Below the pieces are notes generated by a model. That model had not been told where the DNA came from and searched no databases. It saw only the letters and a program-made list of their open reading frames with translations. A DNA stretch of 64,000 nt from Dimorphilus gyrociliatus. Its lineage: Eukaryota; Animalia; Annelida. Positions 14,083 through 26,058 of the stretch are shown one piece after another (position 1 is the first letter of the stretch; the number at the start of each line of letters is the position of its first letter). Location: positions 744,001 through 808,000 of the forward strand of contig CAJFCJ010000012.1 in assembly GCA_904063045.1 (NCBI GenBank), read 5' to 3'. The translations under genes were made by a program, and so were the position numbers.

Positions 14083-15457
14083 ATGGGACAAAATCATTCG
14101 GATATTAACACTCTGATAAGAAGACTTTTAACTCCCGAAAAATTAAAAAAACTGCTGATTCAAGCGATACGAACATCGGATGTTTCAGCAGTCGAAGTAC
14201 TACTGCAGTCAGGTGTTTGTCCTAATTTCCTTAGTGATGAAGGCAAAACACCTCTGCATTACGCAGTTTTTTCGGATGAGGATGGTGAAAAGATTATAGA
14301 ACTATTAATTGATAACGGAGCACAATGTGATATCCCTGATACTAGTCGTTATAAAAGAACCGCACTGTTTGAGGCTATACACTTTAGGTATGTATTTAAT
14401 ATACTCTACATTTACTCTTCTTCCGCTAGTTTCCTTTTATGCAAAAAAAATGTGTCATTGACAAGCATAAAGCAACGAAGCCTGTTATATTGCAGAAAAT
14501 CTAAAGCAGTAGACGCTCTTCTCCGAAAAGGCATATCTACAAAGACTGTATCTCCGTGCCCTTTGGGAATGTCTCCTCTTTTATACGCCTCAAAGTACAG
14601 TACATCCGAAATGGTTTTATGCTTTCTAAAAGCTGGCGCTAATATCCGAAGCTGCTGGATTTGGAAAATAAATAAAGTCATTCCATTAGACATTGTCACC
14701 CACCGAATAGAACAGACTGCGTTGAAAAAAAAGGGAAGGGGCTCACTAATTGTTTTACCTAGGTCAAGATCACCTTCACCTTCCCCTTTGAGAGTGAAAA
14801 ATCGCAGGGCCGCGTCTTCCTCACCGGCAAAACTAAAGAGAAGGCGATTACAGGAAATACGGAACCAATTACAGGAAGAAGCTGAGATTAAGTTTGTGTA
14901 TAATTATTAATTGTAGAGAAATTATATTTATACAGTATATATATTTGTATATTTGATATATTTCTCTGTTTTCTCGAATATTCAGGGAATTCGAATCGGT
15001 TTTTGATCAAGAGCTTTATCTTAATTCAGAGGAGGCGAGTAAAATCTTAAGGTTACTTCTACAGGCCGATGGAAGGCCAGAAATTACTCTCAGGTTATTA
15101 CCAGATGGTGCTACTAGTCGACTTCAAGTTTTAAAACGTCAATTAAATCGTCTATGGTCACAACGTAACCTTGCCACTGATTTTATTATGTCACTAATCT
15201 ATCATGGTTATAGGCCAAACGAAGAGCACTTAATATTTCTTCGTCAGTATGATCAGAATCTGTATTCATCGGTTCGTCAATTTTTGAAAAATCCTTTAAC
15301 CTTGGCCGAACTGGCATCTGTCACAATTCGTAAAAACTGTACCAAAAATGTTATGTATTCTGTAAGCAAATTACTTAAGTATAATGAAAAATTAGCTGCA
15401 GTCGTTGATTTATTATATATGAAAGAGGTTCCATGCACTAATTTAATTAGTTTCTAA
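14083..15457 (+). CDS. Ankyrin repeat and SOCS box (ASB-type) protein, 3 exons
   Basis: Ankyrin repeats (GKTPLHYAV, KRTALFEAI, GMSPLLYAS) and a C-terminal SOCS box (NPLTLAELASVTIRKN). Introns at about 14388-14495 and 14893-14985 keep the frame. Confidence 0.85.
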
Positions 15458-15778
15458 GATATGATTTACGTTTTTTGTCTTGATTTTCAAATAAAATAAA
15501 AATACTTCTCTAATTTCTTCCGTAATAGATATTGACACCAAAAGGAGAAGTCAAAGACAAGTATATATATATATATATATCTGTCTATATTTTAGCCTAC
15601 ATTTCAACTTATGTCATTCTTTCACTTTCTCAATATATCCCTTATCAATCTAAGAACTCACCCCCAGCTTCTTTTTCTTGAATTCATAATATTAAATAAA
15701 TAAAATAATAAAATCATTGTTTATATATGACATTCAATATATTTAAAAGTGAAATTATTATACAATAGGCATGTCAAA

Positions 15779-16411
15779 ATGATATTTGAAATACTATTTC
15801 TTTCAATAATAACAATAGAAGTAACAACCGAAATTTGCTATTTTCAGTGTAAACTACCTCAGAAATCTTGTATTTTTGTCTCTAACAGTTCACTATCTTA
15901 TCGGTCGTACAATCTGATAAACAATTGCAGCCTACCTAATTATAGTGCATGCTGTAGGAACGTAAAAAAATATGGACGACTTTGTTGTAGACCACGTGAG
16001 AATGATGAAAAAGGCTTAGACGAAGAATTTGGTTGGTCAAAAAGCATCATTTTTGTCTCTGTCTTAATTATTCTCTCTTTCTGCGTGGTTACACTATGCT
16101 TTAGTTTTTATAGAGAATATGAGGGAAGCATAAGTGCAGCCGGAAATCTCCGTAGGCCATTTAATATTTTTGGACAAGTTAATAGAACGGCATTACCAAC
16201 ACCGGAGGTATCAACATTTCCAACACCTCCCCCGTACACAGAAGATCCACCTCCGGCTTATGAGGAAATTGATAATAACAGAATTACGAATGAAGGAGGG
16301 GGCGGAAATACATTAGAAGTCTCCTCAACTATCAACTCGAATCATATCAATCAAAATATAAATACAAATGCATTAAGTAAAATTAATAGAGTTCGGCCAG
16401 TCTCTTTTTAA
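15779..16411 (+). CDS. Single-pass membrane protein of the Shisa-like/WBP1/VOPP1 type with PY motifs
   Basis: Signal peptide, Cys-rich ectodomain with C..C..CC..CC, one TM segment (IIFVSVLIILSFCVVTLCFSF), cytoplasmic PPPY and PPAY. Confidence 0.7.
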   Translation: MIFEILFLSIITIEVTTEICYFQCKLPQKSCIFVSNSSLSYRSYNLINNCSLPNYSACCRNVKKYGRLCCRPRENDEKGLDEEFGWSKSIIFVSVLIILSFCVVTLCFSFYREYEGSISAAGNLRRPFNIFGQVNRTALPTPEVSTFPTPPPYTEDPPPAYEEIDNNRITNEGGGGNTLEVSSTINSNHINQNINTNALSKINRVRPVSF

Positions 16412-16878
16412 TAAATATGAAAGAAGAAAAACAGTGAAAAATGACCACTGAAAGTGATATTTATATATATTTATAATTAGCATTTTTCTTTATTAATAAA
16501 TCTATTTTCTGGTATTTTAATCAAAACAATAGCTCGTTAAGAATATTATAATTAATTTCTTAAATGTAGGTGGCGTGCGTATCTTATTTGATGTTTTTTT
16601 TTTTACATAATAGACTTAAGAAACCTTGAAAACAAAACAAAAGAATTGTAAAAAAGTGAACGAATGATTAGACAAAAAAGACACTTAAAGAAGTTTCAAG
16701 GTCTTTTTATAGTGCTCACTTTAGGTACTGTTGTCAATTCTGGCTCGAACTTTAGTTTGTCTCTTAAATTAGAACTCTAAACTTATTTTACCAGGCTCCT
16801 ACAGTCTAGAATTTACGACAGGTGGCACTCTCCAATAGATTCAAAATTCAATCGATATTGGTACTCCGAAGAAGTGAG

Positions 16879-18990
16879 ATGGAATTTAAAGAATATGCAA
16901 CATGCTTTGTTTTAAGCATTCTTATTGCACTTTTCTTTTCCTTTGCTTTTAAGAAAAGAAATAGAATACCTGGTCCGATGGGCATTCCGCTTCTTGGCCC
17001 TTTGCATAAAATAAGATCAAAAGCTATACACAAAACTTTTGAAAGTTGGAGCACGTATTATGGACCGTTGATAAGTATTAGGTTGTTGGGTAAGAAAATT
17101 ATAATTGTCAGCGGAGCTGATGAAATTAGAACAGTTCTTTCTGGGAAGTCCTTAGATTTTTCGGCAAGACCAGAAATGTTTAGGTTCTCTTTCTTGACCG
17201 ATGGTCATACCGGTATTGCTATGGGACATGTTACTGAAGATTGGCTAAAGAAAAAGAAGAGTGTTGCAAGAGCTTTGAAAATAGATAAGTATGAAGCTGT
17301 TACTAAAACAATTGTCAAAAGACTTTGCGAACTTGGTGAAGATAGGAGTCATTATTGGGATTTAAACAAAGATATTTGCATTGGTCTAATTAATATTATG
17401 ACGTCACTGGTTTTAGGGAAAACTTTTGATTTTCATTCAAAAGACTTATTAGCATATAAATCTGCAATGGAGAGGTCGGCTGAAGCTTCGTTCAGATTAG
17501 AGGGTGTTGTTTTAGATGCTTTTCCGCAATTGATGCATTTTAATTTTCCAAGGCAAATTTGCAAAACGATGAAAGAATGTAGAAATACAGTATCATCATT
17601 TTTAATCAAAGAAATAAATGATGTCATATCAACCTATAAAGAAGGTACATGTCGAGGTCTCGTTGATAGCTTATATGAAGAGTATTTGAAAGGTTAGCTG
17701 GTTTTTATTCTATATAACTTAAGCTAAAAATACAAATAATTTAACAAAGTTCAACTCACAAGATCAATTTTTACTATAAGAAAACTTTATAAATTAGGAT
17801 ATATAACAAAGCAATTATACTTTTAAAAAGTATCTTGTTCTTAAGTTTTATCTCAATGAAGAAGTGAGAATATAAATCTTTAGTTATAGTAATATTGAAA
17901 TTAACTTTTCCTATATATTTCCATAAGATAGTAGATTACATTTAGACATTGAAAAGTAGCGTAGACTATTGAAAAATAAACAAATTTTGATCTGGGTCAG
18001 CACTCGCTAGAGGCCCAGCTGCGATTTTGATTGAAGTACTTACGTTTGTTGTGTTTATTGTTTATTAGAGAATGTAGATTTACCTCATTTTGGTAGTGTT
18101 ACACAAAATTAGTCTTATTTTTTTATAAATTAGAGTTCTAAGGCTTACATAAATATTTATAAACTGTATATATGTGTAAGTAAGCATATAAATATTCATA
18201 TATTTACTTATTTTTACATTCTTCAGATGGTAAAGAGCCTTTGGAAACCTTTGTAAGAACTAGATTATATCCTATATGCTTAGATGTAATATCAGGCGGA
18301 TATATGACAACTGCAAGAGCTTTGCAAGCACTTATTTTACTACTACTACACAATCCTAAAGTTCAGAAGAGTTTACAAGAAGAAGTTGATTCAATGGGAA
18401 GCGACGAGATAGAATTTTCAGACAGAAGATGTATGCCATATACGAATGCTACGTGCCTGGAAATCTTAAGATATATATCTCATATACCTCTTAATTTACC
18501 TCACGTTGCCGTGAGAGAAACGGAACTAGGTGGTGCTACAGTTGAACCTGGAACTCAAGTTTGGACTAACTTTTGGGCAATACATCACAATGAAGATATT
18601 TGGGGAGACCCCTGGACGTTTAGGCCTGAAAGATTTATAGAAGATGGCGTATTGGTTAAGCCTGACCATAAAACAAGAAGGAAGTATGTTTTCATTTATA
18701 TTTTTCTTGTTTGCAAAATAAATCCAATGCCAAACAATACAATACATAAATATTTTCTTTTGTCTTTTTGTAGCTTATTCGTGTTTGGAGCCGGCCGACG
18801 AGTGTGTGTCGGAGAGCAATTGGCCTTAAACAGGCTATTTCTAATAACGGCGTCGTTTTCAAGAAAGTTTACCTTTTACCCAGCCTCCAATTGCAAATTA
18901 CCTTCATCCGATCCAAGAGATTTTGAATTTGGTGCTATATTGAAACCTCCAGATTATTTTGTAAGAGCTGTACCAAGGTCAAAAGAGTAG
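16879..18990 (+). CDS. Cytochrome P450, clan 2-like, 3 exons (16879-17692, 18227-18683, 18774-18990)
   Basis: N-terminal membrane anchor, PGPMGIPLLG hinge, ExxR (EILR), FRPERF, heme motif FGAGRRVCVG; phase-consistent introns. Confidence 0.95.
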
Positions 18991-19680
18991 AAACAAAAAA
19001 GGAAATGAAAAAATTCTCAAACGAACAAATTTATCTCTAAAAAAAAAAAAAGAAAAAAAAACTGCATAACTGTATAAATTAGAAAGTTTGAGGAAAAAAA
19101 ACTCCATCCAGGGGCGGCGCTTAATTTCTTAGTATCACTTTATTTTTCTTCTTATTTTCAATTCACTCTCAAATCGTTTTTTACTTTATTTTATTTATTT
19201 GGGAGAACAACATTTACAGTTTGTTTTTATGTAAAAAAAAAAAAGAAACTTCATTTTTACTATTTTCATATTTCGATTTTCTTTTTTTCAAAACTTTTGT
19301 TTATATATTTTTAATGTTGTAGATTTGATAATTTTTTGTTCTTACTTGGCTTTTCTCTTTTTGTATAATAACCTTACTATTCTTACTAGATTTTCTACCT
19401 CGCTTTTTATATGAGTACCTTAATGTTCTTTTTACTGTAAAGTAGCTCTGTTCAAACTTTTTTATACAGGTGTTCAAAAATTTTCCTTTTTTTCGCAAAC
19501 TGGCAGCTTTAAAAGAAAAAATAAGATAGAAACTGAGTTAAAAAGTCGAAAAAAAGGTAAAAGAGTTAATTCTTTTTATCTTCCTCTTTTAAATTGTTTT
19601 ATACCTTTCTAAGAGTTATAATCTTCTTTATTGTATATAAATATCCTTCACTCTCTCTATATAATAATATTATATATACA

Positions 19681-19681
<1 letters not shown>

Positions 19682-19714
<33 letters not shown>
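19682..19714. repeat. (TA)n microsatellite
   Basis: Perfect TA run directly following TACAG. Confidence 0.95.
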
Positions 19715-19717
<3 letters not shown>

Positions 19718-20530
19718 ATATGTTTATATATCTATTGTACAAAGGTAAAAGCAAATTAATAAAAAAGAAAATTTTTATTCATATGTGGAATGTTCTTATT
19801 TTCTAATTAAAGATACTTAAAGTGTAAAGTACGTGAATCATTATAAATTAGTAATACAGTTTATGTATAATCCGGTTAATCTAAATATAGAATAAATGAA
19901 CTATTTTAGAGAAATAAAGAAGAAAATTTATATTAGATATACATCATGATAGAGCAAACATACTATAAAAGGAATTCTTTTTAGTTTAAAATTCTACGAT
20001 TATCTATCTTTCACTTTTAGACCTTTTATAGTTATTTGTTATTGAATTGAGAGCTAACATATTCCATAGATTTGTTTTATAAATAAATTCTTGTTTTTGT
20101 CCCAGCTATTGTCCGTGAGATTTTCCCAACTATCTACCTTACTAATAAGGTATAACTGAATAGATTTTTCCTATTTTTCAATATATAGAATACATTGTTA
20201 AAAAGATGATGAAGAAGAAGAAGAAGAAAAAAACGATGACCTAATGAAACGAGTGATTAAATTACATGCAGTTAATGTTAACATAGTTGAAGTATACGCA
20301 ATACAAATATTCTTTTACTACTTTTGTACTAAAGTCGATTTCTAAAGTGAAAACAGAGCTCTGATAGAGGACATATCGTTGTATATAAGTAACTTTATAC
20401 AGCTTTTGAACATTTTGTACAATAGAATAACGTGAATATAGTAATGTTTGTAGTAAAAAATACAATCAAGATTCAGACGGTGCAAACAACTTGAAGATTA
20501 AAATTTAGAGGATATTTGTTTCTTAAAAAG

Positions 20531-21472
20531 TTATCCCCTTTCATCATCTTTATTGTTTAATAAGTTATCTTCCGCTTCTTCTTTTTCTATTGGAGTGTCT
20601 TCTCTTAGCATCATTTTCTTAAATTCTATGAACAAAAATAAAGAGAACTAGTATCAATTTCGTTTATCTCTTCCTTAAACAGTCTTGGTATTATAAAATT
20701 AATATTTGAATTCTTTTTATTAAATAAAAAAGCTAGTTTATCTAACCATAATAGTCAATTTTTCCATCTCCATTACTATCTGCTTCGTCTAATACTTCTT
20801 GCAATTCTTCATCATCTAAATTATGTCCCAATTTCAATAATACCCTCCTTAAATCAGTTATATCTAGATAACCATCATTGTTATGGTCGAAAGCTCTAAA
20901 TGCTTCGGCAATTTGAGCTTCTTCCTCGTCAATTTCGAATAACTCGTTCCCTTCATCTTCAACACAATCGTCCGATTCTTCTCCAACAATTTCGTCATTA
21001 CTTTGAATATTTACCAAAACTATTAGATTAAGAAAGAATAAAGTTATAGTCTCAAACCTAAGCCTTTTTAATGTCAAGAGCGTGAGTCACAAACAAGTTA
21101 AATCCTTTTACTCCCTAATAATAAAATTGTTTACCAATTGCAACTTTTTTTTAACATGAATACTGTAAAAAAATAGTATATACAATATATATCTAAACAG
21201 CCTATATACACTGTATATATATGTGGTATTTATCAAATATATACATTATTATAAGTTTATATAAAATATTCACTAACATTCTTAGAAAAAGAAAAAAGAA
21301 GAGAGATAATAATACGTACTTGGTCTAGCAGTATTCTTCCGTCCTTCTTGAATTTCTCCAATACCCTTTATTTATGAAAATTAATTTATATAGGATAAAA
21401 GACAAGTGAATAAAACTTCATAAAATAGACGTTAAAACGAAAAAATAAACTTACCACTGATCTTTTCGCCAT
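20531..21472 (-). CDS. Two-EF-hand calmodulin-related protein with acidic N-terminus, 4 exons
   Basis: Spliced model MAKRSV|GIGEIQEGRKNTARP|ILVNIQ...DHNNDGYLDITD...DSNGDGKIDYY|EFKKMML...ERG*, with canonical GT-AG and consistent phases. Confidence 0.8.
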
Positions 21473-22851
21473 TATAATGTTGGCAACGAAAAATCGATAA
21501 TTTTATTAAAGAGATCGATAGGGTAATATTAATACTTTTTTTTTTTTCTAGACCAAACATTAAGTACTTTTACATTACAGAGAAAATGAATTTTTTGCCC
21601 ACGTTATAATCAAAGTCCCTTTTTTTATATATAATTTTGATAAACAGGTTTAGCAGTTTTAGAAAGGCTAGTTCAATGGCCGTTGAAGTGTAGTGTATTT
21701 TTTCTTCTTGTGTCACAGAGCAAATTTCAAGGCAATCATATGTAATAAAAAACTAAAAGAAAACTTTTATTTGTGTTCTTTTTTTTTTAAAAAAAATCTA
21801 TTCTCTTCTACATTTAGTAAAAATTCGAAAAATTACGCAGTCTGGCGATATTCTAAGAAAATTCCAATGCAACCTGGAGAACTCAAGGGGAAAAGATAGC
21901 CGACTACCTTGAAAACGTTACCTTTATATCGGACAGGAATTTACGTTGTAACTTTTCAATTAGTTTCCAATTTAATATAACACCTTAGTTTCTTAAATAT
22001 TAAAAATGCATCACTAGCTCAATTACCTTCCTTTATATTATATAATTTATTTTTTTTTAAATTATATGGTTAATTATTTAACTTTCGAATTTTGTCTTTT
22101 TGCAGTTTGCAATCACGTATATCTCCTACAACTTTTTCCAAGGTCAATCCTCTCGTGTTTTTTCCTATTTACTTGGAATTTCAAGATCCTATAGAAAATA
22201 TACGAATCTCTTAATCACTTAATTTTCCTTATAACGGCCATAATAGTCCTATAAACTATTGCATAACAATAATTGCTTGTTACGTAAATAAACTATGCTA
22301 AAGGCTAAAGTTTAAAAAAAAACAAACAAAAGCTATTTAAGTAAACTAATTAATTAATGAATTTATTAATATTTATGCTTCTTTGACATTTTAATAATTT
22401 ATTATGCATATAGAAACGATTGTTTATATATTGTATTTATTCTGTCTTTATAGATAATTACGGTATTTATATTGCCTTTAATTATTAGCTATAATAAAAA
22501 TTTGTCAACTTGCCAGTAGAAGGAATTCTCTCATTTTAAAATAATTTCTAATTGTACGATGGCGCCATCTATTGTATATTTACATGAACTTACTACTGCG
22601 ATAAAGAAACAGTATACTGTAATTTATAATAGAGAAGAGGATTTAGCAAATTTAAAATATAAATGTATCCTTGAAGAAAGAAGATGACGACGATAATGAA
22701 GAAGAAAGATCTTTTAATTATCTTCCCTCTCTTCCTCTTTATCTTTTCCCAGTTTTAGATAGTTAGATAGCCGATTATAGCCAATTATAAAACAGTTTTA
22801 TGATAGTATAAATACAGTAAATTATTTAGATTCAATATTTCTTGAATATTC

Positions 22852-23724
22852 TTAGATGTCATTGATAATTTTCACCATATCTGAATAATAATTTGAATAA
22901 AATCTTCGTCAAAGAATAATAAAGAAATAGTGGTTTAAATAATCATATTGGACTATTTTAATTTATGTTGCTGTACATACCTTCGTATCTTAGTTTTCCC
23001 TCTCCATCTGGTGTTAAAGTGTTTAATAACTCATCTAATTGTTCGTCTGTTAACTTTTCTCCTGAACCTGTTAAAACAGATCTAATTTCCTTAACATCAA
23101 TAGTACCATCATTCCCCTTATCGAAAACTTGAAAAGCTCCTCTAAGTTCTTCGTCGGATCCTAACTTCCCCCAAGGTCTTCTTGACATTAAATCAACGAA
23201 TTCAGGAAATTCAATTATTCCGTTACCATCAGCGTCGATCTCTGTTTTTTTTGTTTTTTACATATAGATTTGTTTATAAATAAGCTAGAAAGACTATGTA
23301 AATCTCTAAAATTATACATTTTCTGAGAGGTGTATAATGATTTAATAATTGAATTTTTACCTGCAATGATGGCGTTCAATTCCGCTTCAGTTGGATGCTG
23401 CCCTAATGCTCTCATTACAGTTCCTAATTCTTTTATCGTTATTGTTTCATCACCATCTTGATCAAACACCATAAACATATCTTTTATTAACTCTATCTGC
23501 TCTTCTGTCAATTCTTCAGGCTGTACGGGAGAATAATGATCGAAACTATGTAAAAAATAATGAGACATTTTTTCTGTTTTCTATTATTCAAACAAGAAGA
23601 AAATCAAATAATCAGTGCAAAATTTCAAATTGATAACAATCCCAAGTAGTTTTTTGATTAGATAACGTCAAAGAAGTCATCGTATAAAGAGATAAACGAT
23701 ACTTACAGCAGCCGTAGTAGACAT
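22852..23724 (-). CDS. Calmodulin-like four-EF-hand protein, 4 exons
   Basis: [72 protein letters not shown], final exon [10 protein letters not shown]. Clearly calmodulin-related but divergent, so not true CaM. Confidence 0.9.
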
Positions 23725-24139
23725 TTCTCTCTTTCTATGAAAAACTGGAGATTTCAATGTAAAACTTTGTCGCTAAGGCCGATTTATATTTGTAATAGTA
23801 TCTGTGTCAATACATATTGTCAATAAAGCTGGGTAGTTTTGCGTTCTGTTCAAAGGATTAGAGAAGATTTAGATTCCATTGGCCTATATTTTTGCTTAGG
23901 CCTATCGATGAATTGTATTAGATTATAGAAATTGAAAATATAGAAGAGAATCTTTCAAACAAATTGAATTTAGACATGGAAATGAATGAGAAAATTTTTC
24001 CTTGTGTTTCTCTTCTTTTTTCATTAGAGAATCCTATGAATTATTGGCAACAAATTCATTTTCAATTAATTTACATCTGTTGTGGTTTTAAGTTTAGAGG
24101 AGAATAAAATCTTGAATAAACAGCATCTAATGATCATGA

Positions 24140-24694
24140 ATGAAAACGGCAATCGCAAAATATCCGTAAGAATTCCTTCCTGGATAAAAGATGATAATGG
24201 CAGTGACATAATTTTGGACCCCGGTATATAAATAATACTAAAATTTTATTGATTTTTTTCCGACGGCTATAAATATAGAAACAAACTTAATACAACAGAA
24301 CTTCTGCAATACTGGAGAGAATTTCTATACAGAAAACCTGGAAATTCGGTTTTGTTGCCCAAATTTAATAACGTACTGGAGAGATGCGAAGTAAGTGGGT
24401 CGAAAATGTTATTTTTATCTATAATCATTTGAGATAGAGTAAACATGTTTTTAGAGACAAACTGTACCAAAGAGATTATGGGTTCCGGTACTACCTCCAG
24501 CTAATATGACGCCATTTCCTTGGGCGAATGCTACTCGCTATCCATTCAAAAATACGGAAACGTCTTCTATTTCTCTTCCATCTCCACCACCTAAGAAACG
24601 TCATTGTAGTATACCATGCCTATGCGCATTAATATTATTCATTGTGTTATTTCTCGGAGTTTGCGCTGCAAGTATCACTTTAAGTTTACTGTAG
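24140..24694 (+). CDS. Orphan tail-anchored protein, about 125 aa, 3 exons (24140-24165, 24279-24390, 24455-24694)
   Basis: Donors gtaaga and gtaagt, tag acceptors, phases 2 then 0. The frame is open to a C-terminal hydrophobic segment (LCALILFIVLFLGVCAASITLSLL). Confidence 0.5.
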
Positions 24695-25132
24695 GAGTCT
24701 ATTGGCGTTTATAAAAAAAATAAATCTCCTATTTCCTTTACTTGATATGAATACTCTATAGGAATAATAAAAAAAGTCAGCAAAAAAATCAGATCTGCAG
24801 TTGACATAATAAAGTTTTATTATAAATAATCCTTTTTTACCTAATTAAGTTGCGTAATTAGTTTTGTTGTCGTAGATTTAGAGAGATTTCTGATGGTATT
24901 TTTATCTATCATTTCTATTATTCAGTAAGCTGGGATTTAGGAGTGGACTAAACAACCTAAGTCATCTATATTAACGGTAAAGCAAAAAGGATGACTTTCC
25001 CATCCTACGTCATTATTTAGGGTAGGAAATTGCCAATACTATATGGCCAAAAGCCAGGTTAGTTCCCAAATAGGGTTCAACTTAAAATGGATAGATGGCG
25101 TTGGTACTGAAATGAAAATAGTGCTTACTCTT

Positions 25133-25163
<31 letters not shown>

Positions 25164-26058
25164 TTCTCTTTCTCCATATCTTTCTTTTCCGTCCTTTCTT
25201 GCAAATTTGGAAATGCAAATCCCTGCGGTTCAATTAGTATGCGCCGTCAAATGCAATTTTGTCAAAATTCGATCAAGCATTTTCATTCTTAATCTTTGCA
25301 TCCGGAGATAAAAGATAAATGGTCATATTCAACCATCTATTTATACTTATAAATAATTAAACTTATTCAATAGTACCCTTCAGTGTAAGGTCTTGTTTCC
25401 CCCTCCCGATTCCTCTGTTTTTTCTTGGTAAGCAATAAAATTTTTAGGCCAAATTATGTACCAAGTATAGATGGTAAAGAGTACGTTTTTCAATTAAGCT
25501 ATATTTATGGACTCATACGTCGCTAAATCGACAGCTGCTGTTATAAAAGTTGATAGCTAGGACCAGACAAAAAAAACACCATCCCTGACTTCTGTAACCA
25601 TAGTAACTTATGGACGCAGGAGGTTTCAACCATTGATCATTTCTTTCTCGTAAGAAAATAAATTATAGGATTTAGTAAAAGTATAAAATGCAAACTGTTA
25701 AATTGTTTTAGTATATGTAAGATGAATAAATAAAAGGAAATGCTTATGATAGAAGAAGAAAAGCAAAGAAATCTCGATTCGCTCGACCTCAATTGATAAG
25801 GAGAGAAACAATCAGTCATTACGTCACTTGATTTATAGTGGGTTAAAAATAATATTCTTTGAAAGAATAGCAATGCAAAATTAGAGAAGATGAATTTTTT
25901 TAAGGATACAATTTTGGGATTCAAAGAAATAAATATTCTCTGAATCCAATCAACAATACAAACAAACCAACGCCCTATCCCGTTGAAAAATAATGGAGAC
26001 CACCTAGATGTCGCTTTAAAAACCTGAAACGCTTCACATTAGGCTGTAAAATGGATCG

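Noticed and set aside
14412-18747. Antisense ORFs inside the ASB and CYP genes (14412-14699, 16848-17054, 17433-17627, 18526-18747)
   Set aside because: Reverse-strand shadows of confident coding exons.
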